Below, piece by piece: positions 1-8,809 of a DNA stretch of 64,000 nt. The notes under the pieces are model-generated. The model was given only the letters and a program-made list of their open reading frames with translations, was not told the DNA's origin and searched no databases. Both the position numbers and the translations under genes were made by a program. Location: positions 4,590-68,589 of the forward strand of contig JAJFTP010000060.1 in assembly GCA_021372895.1 (NCBI GenBank), read 5' to 3'. This stretch comes from Synergistaceae bacterium (GTDB lineage Bacteria; Synergistota; Synergistia; Synergistales; Synergistaceae). Position 1 is the first letter of the stretch; every line of letters starts with the position of its first letter.

Positions 1-867
1 GGAGCTGGTGATATTTCCATGAACAGGCCATGCCAGACGTCCGCCCCGATAGTAGACTGTCTCTTTTTTGCCTGGGTTCCTCGCCTGATTCAGCCTTCTT
101 TTTTCTGCAAGCAGGCGTTTGACTGTTGACTGAAGCTCTTTTGATGCTCTCAGCAGCTCTTCCTGTTCCGCCATGTACAGCGCCTTGTCCCTGCGTACTT
201 TAGAGAGCAGCAGATTACGCTCGTCGGACGCGCTCCTGAGTTCTGTGTGCTGCTGCTTAAGTTCCTTCCCTCGGGATTGGAGCCTTGCCTGCTGCTCTTT
301 GAGCTCCTGCTGAGTTTCGCTTAACTTTTTTTTCTGTGCAGTAAGGTCGTTTATCAATGCCTGATCCTGTTCCGCGATCCTGCCAAGAAGATATGTGTTG
401 GAAAGCGCATCCTCTGCACCCTGGGAGGAGAGCAGGAGGGTGAACTCTGTCACCCCGCCGTATTTGTATATAGAAACGAGCCTTTTGCCCAGAAGTTCCT
501 GCGCCTCTCTTATCCCTTTATTCGTATCGGCTATTTCGTTTGAAAGTTTTACTATATTTCGCTGCACCTTTTTTATGTGCAGCGTCACAACATTGACCTT
601 CTGCTGCGTTACGGTTATTTTCTGACTCAGTTCCTCTATCTGCGAAGATACGTCCCTTTCTTTTTTAGATGTCTCTTTAATTTTTTTATTAGTCAAAGAT
701 ATACGCTTCTGTATCTTCTGATACTCCTGTTCCTGCTTTTTTATCTGGCTGTCAAGATCAGCTGCGCTTGTGGCGGCAAACACAGATGCTCCTGTTGCAT
801 ACGGCAAAACAGCGGCGACTGTAGAAATAATAAACAGTTTAAACAGCTTTTTTTTAAATAAGGCCAT
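1..867 (-). CDS. EnvC-like murein hydrolase activator / M23 (LytM) family protein, N-terminal part (3' end lies beyond the window start)
   Basis: It is absent from the ORF track because it runs off the window edge. My translation of the minus strand from ATG 867 gives MALFKKKLFKLFIISTVAAVLPYATGASVFA (signal peptide). About 230 aa of K/E/Q-rich coiled coil follow (e.g. QQELKEQQARLQSRGKELKQQ), then RLAWPVHGNITSS at the edge, typical of entry into a LytM/M23 domain. There is a GGAGGA RBS at 872-877. The gene sits directly downstream of ftsE-ftsX. Confidence 0.75.
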   Translation of the reverse strand, partial: MALFKKKLFKLFIISTVAAVLPYATGASVFAATSAADLDSQIKKQEQEYQKIQKRISLTNKKIKETSKKERDVSSQIEELSQKITVTQQKVNVVTLHIKKVQRNIVKLSNEIADTNKGIREAQELLGKRLVSIYKYGGVTEFTLLLSSQGAEDALSNTYLLGRIAEQDQALINDLTAQKKKLSETQQELKEQQARLQSRGKELKQQHTELRSASDERNLLLSKVRRDKALYMAEQEELLRASKELQSTVKRLLAEKRRLNQARNPGKKETVYYRGGRLAWPVHGNITSS

Positions 868-887
868 TTTTCCTCCATTACAACACA

Positions 888-1781
888 CTAGAGAGACCTA
901 GATGCTTTTCTTATAAAATTCTCAACTGCAAGCAGGCTTGCTATAAGGCTGATCGCAGCGCCGCAGCAGATGAGCATGAACCCAAGCTTACCTATCAGTT
1001 TCGGTGATTCAAGAAATGGAAGGAAGGGCAGCATGTCTTTCAGTCTTATTATCGCAGAGTAATAAGTGCCGCCGAGCAGCAATGATGCAAGCAGCGCTCC
1101 GGCAAATCCGAGGATGAATCCCTGGATCACAAAGGGAAGCGTTACGTAGGTCGACGTCGCACCGACCATCATCATAACTCTGATCTCCTCTTCTCTTGAA
1201 TAGACCGATATTCTTATTGTGTTGAACAAAACTATACCGCTTGCGGCTATGGCAATAATAAGCATGATTATGGAAAATCTTTCAACGAAGTTGGATACGT
1301 TTGTAAGTTTTTCCGCAACGCGTCCGGCATAGACGATGTCATCAACTTCAGGTACAGCGACCAGCATCCTTGCGGTCTCTGCAACATTTGAGGCCCTGTT
1401 GACACGCACCTCGACGCTTGAAGGAAGAGGGTTTTCACCAAGCAGCGTGACCGCGTCAGCCTGATTGCCTATCCTTGCGCGAAGCCTTTCAAGAGCCATC
1501 TCTTTCGTAATAATTTTTGTATCTTTAACATCCGGTATGACGCGTATCTTTTTTGCGACTGCTTCTATATCAACGCCTGGTTTTAAGTACGCCTGTATAG
1601 ATAGCTGATTTTCCATCATCCCAACTATATTTCTTACATTCAGCACAAGAAGGGTGCTCGCACCGATGACATAGAAAACAGACATTGCCGTGAATATCGT
1701 GAGTAAGCTCATTCCCCAATGACGGACTACAAGCCTGATCCCGTCCCTGCATGCATATCTAACAGCTGCCATCGAGCTCAT
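888..1781 (-). CDS. ftsX: Cell division ABC transporter permease-like protein FtsX
   Basis: 297-aa ORF with one N-terminal TM, a large extracytoplasmic loop and three C-terminal TMs, which is the FtsX architecture. It overlaps the ftsE stop by 23 nt. Confidence 0.85.
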   Translation of the reverse strand: MSSMAAVRYACRDGIRLVVRHWGMSLLTIFTAMSVFYVIGASTLLVLNVRNIVGMMENQLSIQAYLKPGVDIEAVAKKIRVIPDVKDTKIITKEMALERLRARIGNQADAVTLLGENPLPSSVEVRVNRASNVAETARMLVAVPEVDDIVYAGRVAEKLTNVSNFVERFSIIMLIIAIAASGIVLFNTIRISVYSREEEIRVMMMVGATSTYVTLPFVIQGFILGFAGALLASLLLGGTYYSAIIRLKDMLPFLPFLESPKLIGKLGFMLICCGAAISLIASLLAVENFIRKASRSL

Positions 1782-2454
1782 ACCTCCTCTGGGCCTCGTC
1801 GCGCACTATTCTGCCGCGGTGGATCTCAACGACCCGGTGGCGATAGGTGTTGACAAGGATCTGATTGTGAGTTGCCATGATAACAGTTGTCCCTGCCGCA
1901 TTTATTTCAAGAAAAAGCTGCATTATTTCGTCTGCGGTGTGGCTGTCGACGTTGCCTGTCGGTTCGTCGGCCAGGATGAGTGAGGGCTCGTTGACGATCG
2001 CCCTCGCTATTGCAAGACGCTGCTGTTCCCCTCCGGACATCTGCGGCGGATATAGGTTGCGTCTGCGCCATATACCTACGGTCTTCAATACTTCGGATAC
2101 CCTATCTGATATATCTTTGGGCGGAAGTCCCATTACCTCAAGAACAAACGCTACGTTTTCAAATGCAGTGAGGTTGGGCAGAAGCATGAAGTCCTGGAAC
2201 ACTACGCCGATATCTCTTCTGAACAGAGCAAGATCAAATCTGCCGATTTTCCTCAGAAGGTTGCCTCCTACGCTTATCTGCCCCCTCGTGGGGACGACCT
2301 CGCGGGAGATGCAGCGCATAAGAGTCGTCTTGCCGGACCCTGTCTCTCCCACAAGGTATACGAACTCACCGCTGTTCACCTGAAGATATATGTCTTCAAG
2401 CGCAACTATGTCAGGCTGAAATATTTTGGTGACACCAGAAAATTTTATATCCAT
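1759..2454 (-). CDS. ftsE: Cell division ATP-binding protein FtsE
   Basis: Walker A GETGSGKTT, ABC signature MSGGEQQR, Walker B LILADEPTGNVD. At 231 aa it is immediately upstream of ftsX. Confidence 0.9.
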   Translation of the reverse strand: MDIKFSGVTKIFQPDIVALEDIYLQVNSGEFVYLVGETGSGKTTLMRCISREVVPTRGQISVGGNLLRKIGRFDLALFRRDIGVVFQDFMLLPNLTAFENVAFVLEVMGLPPKDISDRVSEVLKTVGIWRRRNLYPPQMSGGEQQRLAIARAIVNEPSLILADEPTGNVDSHTADEIMQLFLEINAAGTTVIMATHNQILVNTYRHRVVEIHRGRIVRDEAQRRYELDGSC

Positions 2455-2463
2455 TATATGATG

Positions 2464-3411
2464 CTACCTCCTGCGGAGCGCCCATACCTGGGCTGCCGCA
2501 TTGACGATTTCTTTCCATGTAAGTCCGTAGTATTCGCGGAGCTCCTCAGGAGTACCGCTGTTCACAAACTGATCTTCTATCCCTACAAAGCGCACAGGCA
2601 CGGGATATGTGCTGCAAAGGCATTCCGCCAGCGCTCCGCCAAGCCCGCCTATGCAGCAATGCTCCTCTGCCGCAACACAACAACCTGTCCTTCTCACCGA
2701 GGCCAGCACGATCTGCTCAGGGAAAGGCTTCAGACTATAACAATCTATGACTTCCGCACTTATGCCCTGCTGCTCGAGTATCTCAGCAGCAGCAATAGCA
2801 TTACTGACCATGATACCACATGCACAGATAGTGACGCCTGTGCCCTCTCTCAGTAAACGCGCACCTCCGGCATAGTATAAGTCATCCGGATCATATCGGG
2901 GCTGCAAAATAGAGGTCATGCCAAGTCTGAGATAAACAGGTCCGTCTACCGTCTCAGAGGCTTTGGCAATTCCATAGACTGATCCTATGTCCGATGGAAC
3001 AAAAATATTCATATTCGGCATTGCGCGCATTAGGGCCAGGTCCTCTATGATAAGAGAGGCCACACCTTCCTGGCCCTTTGAAAGACCCCCGTCGGCAGCC
3101 GCGATCCTCACATTAAGCGAGGGTATCGCAAGCGCCTCGCGTATCTGTCCATAACATCTGGCGACAAGTCTGGAACAGTTGCCTGTGATCCATGGTTTCT
3201 TGCCGTTGAGCGCAAAGCCGGCAGCATTGAGTATAGCATCGGCCTCAGACGCCGCAAAAAATATTTTTTCCTTAGGCAGTTTTCCCAGGATGCCGATATC
3301 AAAGCCTGTATCCGGCACAACCAGCATAAAGTCATCATGCCTCTGAGCATATTTCTCAATATAATCGCAGAAAACATCCCATACGCTGGTTGTTTGCGTC
3401 TTATTATTCAT
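2464..3411 (-). CDS. Transketolase-like protein, C-terminal (Pyr + TKC) subunit; catalytic motifs look degenerate
   Basis: 315 aa. The layout follows a transketolase pyrimidine-binding and C-terminal domain (PNMNIFVPSD, PVYLRLGMT, GISAEVIDCYSLKPF). The canonical G(P)THQ motif reads GVASL here. See findings. Confidence 0.75.
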   Translation of the reverse strand: MNNKTQTTSVWDVFCDYIEKYAQRHDDFMLVVPDTGFDIGILGKLPKEKIFFAASEADAILNAAGFALNGKKPWITGNCSRLVARCYGQIREALAIPSLNVRIAAADGGLSKGQEGVASLIIEDLALMRAMPNMNIFVPSDIGSVYGIAKASETVDGPVYLRLGMTSILQPRYDPDDLYYAGGARLLREGTGVTICACGIMVSNAIAAAEILEQQGISAEVIDCYSLKPFPEQIVLASVRRTGCCVAAEEHCCIGGLGGALAECLCSTYPVPVRFVGIEDQFVNSGTPEELREYYGLTWKEIVNAAAQVWALRRR

Positions 3412-4237
3412 TTATATGCCCCTCCAGCTCTTCTAAAGCCTGATCCATATCGTCCATACTCATCGACCTTGTATACCTGGATGGATCTGCATCTACAAAG
3501 GATATTCCCTTTCCGTTTTTTGCGTCGATGAAAACAGCCTTTGGTAAACCACATAAAAATTCCTGAGAGGAAAATACATCTTCCATCTCCTCAAAGCTGT
3601 GTCCGTCTATAGAAAGGACAGCCCATCCGTATTCGCGCATTATTTTTTTATGTTCTTCCGTTCCGCCATGCACAGCGTCATTGATTCTTCCCGGCACAGC
3701 AACGATCAGCAGTATCAAATTGCCCAACCCGGCATGGGCCGACCTCTTGGCTTCAAGATGGAAGTCGTGTAATTGGAACACATCTTCGCCGGAAAGGCAG
3801 AAAACCCTGGGAGCAAGTCCATCCGTCTGCAGCGACTCCGCAAGCGCTGCTGCAACCGCAAGTTCAGGACCGACTGTAATACACGGAGCATCTATGCCAG
3901 GAGTGCGCCTGAAATCCGGCAAAGCCTGAAGCATTGCGCCAAGCCGGCGATAGTGCCATAATTCGTCTCTTTCAAAGTATCCCCTTCTTGCAAGCACGGC
4001 ATAAAGCGCAGGGACTCCATTTTCTATGCCAAGCAGAAATCTGTCGCGGTCTTCCCTGAGCGGGTCCTCCGCAACGACAAGCAACTCCTCCCAGTAAAGG
4101 AATACAAGGATATCTGCTATAGACAGCGGGACCTCCAGCGGACCGGAGCGAGCGACCCCCACCATCCGCACGATATCTTTCCGTATCTCTGATGCCAGTG
4201 CCTTAAGTTCTTCTGTCCGGCTTTCATCCATTTGCAT
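3404..4237 (-). CDS. Transketolase-like protein, N-terminal (PP) subunit; ThDP/Mg motif looks degenerate
   Basis: The track ORF 3404..4441 overlaps csaB. The likely start is MQMDESRTEEL (ATG 4237 or 4231), overlapping the csaB stop. TK-like blocks are RDRFLLG, PALYAVLARRG and DGHSFEEMEDVF. The GDG...N ThDP motif is replaced by SGED...AVPGR. Confidence 0.7.
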   Translation of the reverse strand: MQMDESRTEELKALASEIRKDIVRMVGVARSGPLEVPLSIADILVFLYWEELLVVAEDPLREDRDRFLLGIENGVPALYAVLARRGYFERDELWHYRRLGAMLQALPDFRRTPGIDAPCITVGPELAVAAALAESLQTDGLAPRVFCLSGEDVFQLHDFHLEAKRSAHAGLGNLILLIVAVPGRINDAVHGGTEEHKKIMREYGWAVLSIDGHSFEEMEDVFSSQEFLCGLPKAVFIDAKNGKGISFVDADPSRYTRSMSMDDMDQALEELEGHINE

Positions 4238-5231
4238 CACCCATAGCCACATCGTATCCCTGTCTGAAAGAGGCCGAGGCCACCGAGGAAATCCCGGCAA
4301 GGATATTCTCATCCACAGGGACCGAAAAACCAGCCCCCCATGAATCAAATACAGGAATATCCCACTCTTCGCAGAAGGAACGCACCTTGGGGTCATACGG
4401 CACGCCGCGCGTCGGCAACCCCGCCAGAAGCGCAAGTACAAGGAAATGGAGCCTCATTCCTATAGCACAGCAACTTCCGCTGAGTATATTTTCATAGTCA
4501 GCGATACTTTTGAGAACAGTAATTTGATCCAGTTTGAGAATTCCGGACTCATGATATTTTTCAAGCTCGGCGGTATCGGCATCTGAAAGCGCAATACCGA
4601 TGATTTTAAGTTTTTTTTCTTCCGCGATATTTGCGGCATGTTTGGCAGCAAGTCTTGATATTTTTTCGTAACCCTGCCTGAGGTTCAGCAGAAGGACATC
4701 GCCGTGGGCATAATCTCTTTTTATTTTCAGGCACATTACAAGATCCGGTGCGAGGGTACCGAACAACCCCCAGTTATTGATCATCCCGAGGGAGCTACGG
4801 TCCCTGACTCCGCGGTATACGCATGAGACAAAGGCGCCACGGGCAAGATATGACCCCGTCATGCTTTTCAGCGGCCCAATGGACTGGCCTACCGCCCATG
4901 GACGTGCGCCGCAGAAAAGTGCCATCCGTACGATACCCCAGTAATACAGGCACGACCTAACGCTTGTTGAATCCTGAAAGAGACCTCCGCCTCCCAGGAG
5001 AAGAGTCTTTGTTCTTTTCATTATGCCGTAAATTTTTTTTATATTCCACCTGTCAAACGCCTGTATCCCCAGCTTCTCAGATGTCTCGCGGGGATTGGCC
5101 GATAATATTGCAATTCTCTCTTTGTTTGTTCCTGCGGTCTCAAGCTGTGCGACTACCGCCTCAGCAAGCAGTTCATCACCGAGATTGCCGAATCCGTAGT
5201 ATCCCGCTACAAGCACATCGAAGCTCCGCAT
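4224..5231 (-). CDS. csaB: Polysaccharide pyruvyl transferase CsaB
   Basis: 335 aa with N-terminal VLVAGYYGFGNLGDELLAEA, characteristic of the pyruvyl transferase (PF04230)/CsaB family. Size and layout match CsaB. Confidence 0.75.
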   Translation of the reverse strand: MRSFDVLVAGYYGFGNLGDELLAEAVVAQLETAGTNKERIAILSANPRETSEKLGIQAFDRWNIKKIYGIMKRTKTLLLGGGGLFQDSTSVRSCLYYWGIVRMALFCGARPWAVGQSIGPLKSMTGSYLARGAFVSCVYRGVRDRSSLGMINNWGLFGTLAPDLVMCLKIKRDYAHGDVLLLNLRQGYEKISRLAAKHAANIAEEKKLKIIGIALSDADTAELEKYHESGILKLDQITVLKSIADYENILSGSCCAIGMRLHFLVLALLAGLPTRGVPYDPKVRSFCEEWDIPVFDSWGAGFSVPVDENILAGISSVASASFRQGYDVAMGDANG

Positions 5232-5235
5232 CGAT

Positions 5236-7155
5236 CTAATATCTCTCTCCGTACTTTTTCATTATAGGAACAGGAATCAGGCTGATCACCGCTACAAGGA
5301 CAAATCCAACGAGCAGCCCCAGCCACCAGCCATTTATGACCCTTATTACGCTGAGAGACAGCAGCGTATGGAAGTGGCAGAACGTGTTTACGGCAGAGCA
5401 GAAAGCCAGCACTGCGGCAATACGCAGAACTTCACGGTAGTGTGCCCCACATCCCTTTCTCACGATATACCAATATAGAACAAGGGAGGGATATCCGATG
5501 AGAAACTCTTTTGTCCTCGGACGGACGAGAAGCAGGCGCTCTATAAAATCACGGAAGGTTATTTCCCATGCCGGCACATTGGAAACATTATCGCTTCTCA
5601 ATGCCATTATCAGAAGAGCAACCATCATTAACCCGACAAGCATAAGCTCCCCCCAAAGAGCCGGCCTCTGTATAATATCTCCGATCGATTCGGGATGGAT
5701 ACGACGCTTGAGATCGTGCGTGACCAAGAGCACCGGCGGGAGCAGCAACGTCAGCTTTACTCCTGAAAACGGAGTAAGTCTCAATGCGGCAAGTGTAGTA
5801 CCATAGAAAGATGCTATCGAGAGTCCGCCGGCGATTATGATAAAAAGTCCGCCAAGCGCTCCCAGCAATGGTTTTTTATTGCATTCAAGTGCGGTCAGCG
5901 CGGCCTCTGTGGCTATAAACGCGCCGCAGAAACCTCCGCATAGACGCGCGGCAAGCGGTATTTTCCATATAATACCCGCCATTAAAAAAGAACAAGCCAA
6001 CAGTAATGCCGTTTCCTTAAGCCCCACTCCGTCATTCTCAATTCCAGAGAGGCGGACGCAGTAGAACCATAAGCAGAACACGAGAGAGAGAGCGCTTGCA
6101 AGCGCTCCTGCGGCAGGGACCGGCCTATCCGGCATTGTCTGTGGCCAGGCAAAATCATAACCTCTTGCGGCAAGAGCATCCCGTGTTCCTGAAAGGTCCT
6201 CAAGGAACACCTCAAGCCTGTTTCCCATCTGGAGATCGTAAGGGTGCATCATTACAAACCTTACCGACCGCTCATGGACTGCCCTTACAAAACGTTCTTC
6301 CATCTGTCTGCGCGATGTATTTTTCGATATTATCTCGTCCCTTGTAAGGCTGTGCAGAGGTATTACGTTCGGCGCCATCATCATGGCAAATCCAGTGTCA
6401 CCGATCTGCTTGACGAATTCCACCTTCGACAGGCTGATGCCGTCCTGTTTCAAAACCTTAGCAAGAGGAGCGATATTCGGATATCCCGGCAATATCATCC
6501 CTGAAGGAATGATATTTTTGATCTGTCTGTAGTGTCCCGCGAGAAAATCCAGGGCGTCCGCCACATCCTTCCCTCCTGCTGGGGTGCAGGGTCCGGGACG
6601 GAAAAGAACGGGAATGTCATTCTCCAGACAGAATTGCAGCGCGGAAAAATCCGGCACAATGGAAGAAAATTTGAACTCTTTGGTATCAGCCGGAAGTACT
6701 ATGGCTATACTGCCTCCAACTTCGTATCTCATAGCTTTAGGCAGTTTTATTTTTATATACTGATATATAAGCTCAGAATATGGGGATGTTTTATCGATAA
6801 GGATCGACGCATTGTCCGACAGTATCCCTTTGTTATTTAAGCCCAGCGAGGCTGCGGGACCATATTCCAGCGGCAGCGGATCGCCTAGAGCCAGTTCCTC
6901 CCCGGTATATTCGGAGACAGATATGCCCATTACGCCAAGAGGATGTATCTTTTCCCACACATCACGGACAGAGATGCCGTTCTGAAGCGCCAGGGATGTT
7001 ATGTCTTTATATTCAACTATAAAGGCAACGTTCTTATTACCCCGCTCGGCCTCAAGCCTGGGAATAAGGCCTACGCCGGCAAGCAGCGCCGCTGCAGTCA
7101 GTATTGTAAAAAGCAGATATCTGCGGGGAAAAAATCCCATGTTCAACCCCTCCAC
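5236..7155 (-). CDS. Large polytopic membrane protein, probably DUF5693-type (CsaB-associated)
   Basis: 639 aa with an N-terminal TM, a ~330-aa soluble (extracytoplasmic?) domain and a C-terminal block of ~9 TM helices. It is adjacent to csaB with a 4-nt gap. The family name is from memory and was not verified. Confidence 0.5.
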   Translation of the reverse strand: MEGLNMGFFPRRYLLFTILTAAALLAGVGLIPRLEAERGNKNVAFIVEYKDITSLALQNGISVRDVWEKIHPLGVMGISVSEYTGEELALGDPLPLEYGPAASLGLNNKGILSDNASILIDKTSPYSELIYQYIKIKLPKAMRYEVGGSIAIVLPADTKEFKFSSIVPDFSALQFCLENDIPVLFRPGPCTPAGGKDVADALDFLAGHYRQIKNIIPSGMILPGYPNIAPLAKVLKQDGISLSKVEFVKQIGDTGFAMMMAPNVIPLHSLTRDEIISKNTSRRQMEERFVRAVHERSVRFVMMHPYDLQMGNRLEVFLEDLSGTRDALAARGYDFAWPQTMPDRPVPAAGALASALSLVFCLWFYCVRLSGIENDGVGLKETALLLACSFLMAGIIWKIPLAARLCGGFCGAFIATEAALTALECNKKPLLGALGGLFIIIAGGLSIASFYGTTLAALRLTPFSGVKLTLLLPPVLLVTHDLKRRIHPESIGDIIQRPALWGELMLVGLMMVALLIMALRSDNVSNVPAWEITFRDFIERLLLVRPRTKEFLIGYPSLVLYWYIVRKGCGAHYREVLRIAAVLAFCSAVNTFCHFHTLLSLSVIRVINGWWLGLLVGFVLVAVISLIPVPIMKKYGERY

Positions 7156-7733
7156 TGTTCAGAAAGCGGCCAGCCGAGCACCGCAAACATTTTACTGAGC
7201 CGCTCCAGCGGCAGACCTACAACATTGAAGTAACATCCTTCGATATGTTCAACAAGGAGTGTCCCGCGTTCCTGAATAGCATAAGCTCCGGCTTTATCAA
7301 AACTCTCACCCTGTGTGACGTAAGCCGCGATCTCCGTGTCATCAAGCTTGCGAAAAGTCACATCTGTCTTCTCGCAGCATATGAGCTTCCTTCCATCAGG
7401 GGCAAAGAGAGCCACTCCTGTCATCACGGTATGTGTCCTTCCCTGCAGCATCTTTATCATTATTGCCGCGTCATCGCAGTCCACAGGTTTGCCAAGCATC
7501 CTGCCGTCTATCACAACTGTCGTATCTGCTCCAATGACCCAACTGCGCGGATGCCGGCTGTAAACTTCAGCCGCTTTGCTCTCGGCAAGCCTGCGGACCA
7601 TAGCTTCCGGTCCCTCCCCGGCATTGGTTTTTTCTTCAATCAGCGCCTCTTCGACATCAAAATTCCAGCCAAGCGACCTGAGCAGTTCACGTCTTCTGGG
7701 ACTGCCTGAAGCAAGTATGATATTTATATTCAA
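7143..7733 (-). CDS. maf: Maf-like nucleoside triphosphate pyrophosphatase (septum formation protein)
   Basis: N-terminus MNINIILASGSPRRRELL, then KAGAYAIQ and FNVVGLP motifs. 196 aa. Confidence 0.9.
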   Translation of the reverse strand: MNINIILASGSPRRRELLRSLGWNFDVEEALIEEKTNAGEGPEAMVRRLAESKAAEVYSRHPRSWVIGADTTVVIDGRMLGKPVDCDDAAIMIKMLQGRTHTVMTGVALFAPDGRKLICCEKTDVTFRKLDDTEIAAYVTQGESFDKAGAYAIQERGTLLVEHIEGCYFNVVGLPLERLSKMFAVLGWPLSEQWRG

Positions 7734-7978
7734 CGCAGTCCCCAGATCCCGATTATTCCGCCTATCAACGTTCCAAGGTTGAGTTTAAGCGCGAAATTAA
7801 AGCCAAACTTGAGTATAACGATATCAATTTGTCTGACATCAATGGCAAAATCTGCAAAATTGACAAATACAGGCGCGATAATTGCGAACCGCTGCAGAAA
7901 TATCCCAAGCCAGGTGCCTAATATGATGCAGAGAAACAGCAGCCCCCACTGAAGCGTTACGGCTTTTCTCAATGCCAT
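7730..7978 (-). CDS. Small two-TM membrane protein, DUF4321-like
   Basis: 82 aa and hydrophobic with a G/I-rich C-terminus. It is wedged with no gap between uppP and maf, with a 4-nt overlap on maf. DUF4321 commonly neighbours maf/mreB in Firmicutes-like genomes. Confidence 0.5.
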   Translation of the reverse strand: MALRKAVTLQWGLLFLCIILGTWLGIFLQRFAIIAPVFVNFADFAIDVRQIDIVILKFGFNFALKLNLGTLIGGIIGIWGLR

Positions 7979-8788
7979 TTACCATACCCCCAGATATGTA
8001 ACGATTATGTCAGAGACCCCGAGCACAAGACAGTAGATGCCAAACATCCACCATCTGGATGTTATGATAAGTCTTTTTAGTATGACAAGGGCGGCCATTC
8101 CGCTGAAAAACGCTGCCAAAGCCCCTAAATACCAGCCATGGGGAAGTGCCTTTACAAAATTATCCCAACCACCGGACTGCATCGCCTGGATCAGAGTTGC
8201 TCCAAGTATGGCCGGTATCGAGAGAAGAAAAGAAAAACGAAAAGCCTCATCTTTGCCGAGCCCGGTCGAGAGCCCCGACACAATGGTCATACCTGAACGC
8301 GATACCCCTGGCAGGACCGCGATCCCCTGCGCAATGCCTACAAAAATACCGTCTGTAATGCGAACTTGTCCAAGCCCCACTCTTATGAAACGGCTGAATA
8401 TAAGGATCAGACCGGTGAATACAAGACCCAGCCCCACCATAAGTGAGTTCTGAGCGGCGCTTTCTGCAAAATCTTTTATTGATATCCCTATAATGCCGGT
8501 TATCACAGTCCCGACAACAACGGCCCACCCTGTGGGCCAGCCAGAGCTCCGTCGATAATCTGAGCGGACAAACCCCTTGATCCATTCGCAAAGAAGCGCA
8601 TAAATATCTCCGATAAAAAAGAGGATAGTGGCACATGCGGTCGCAACATGCAGGACAAGGTCATATGAAAGCGGCGGCATCTCTATCCCAAGAAAAATCT
8701 GTACCAGAGCCAGATGCCCGGAACTGCTTACAGGCAGAAATTCCGTAAGTCCCTGTATCAGTCCAAGGATAATTATTTCGAAGTCCAT
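7979..8788 (-). CDS. uppP: Undecaprenyl-diphosphate phosphatase
   Basis: N-terminus GLIQGLTEFLPVSSSGHL and PGVSRSG motif. 269 aa and polytopic. Confidence 0.9.
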   Translation of the reverse strand: MDFEIIILGLIQGLTEFLPVSSSGHLALVQIFLGIEMPPLSYDLVLHVATACATILFFIGDIYALLCEWIKGFVRSDYRRSSGWPTGWAVVVGTVITGIIGISIKDFAESAAQNSLMVGLGLVFTGLILIFSRFIRVGLGQVRITDGIFVGIAQGIAVLPGVSRSGMTIVSGLSTGLGKDEAFRFSFLLSIPAILGATLIQAMQSGGWDNFVKALPHGWYLGALAAFFSGMAALVILKRLIITSRWWMFGIYCLVLGVSDIIVTYLGVW

Positions 8789-8809
8789 AAGAATATCACT
8801 CCTGTATTA

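Noticed and set aside
395-861. Plus-strand ORFs 395..625 and 577..861 from the track
   Set aside because: Both give low-complexity, Cys/Phe/Leu-rich translations. They lie antisense to a much better minus-strand reading frame, the EnvC-like protein, which has an RBS, a signal peptide, a coiled coil and an M23 entry motif.
3404-4441. Long form of the transketolase N-subunit ORF overlapping csaB by more than 200 nt
   Set aside because: The upstream 68 codons overlap the csaB C-terminus in another frame and translate to W/R/C-rich nonsense. The MQMDESRTEEL start is consistent with family length.
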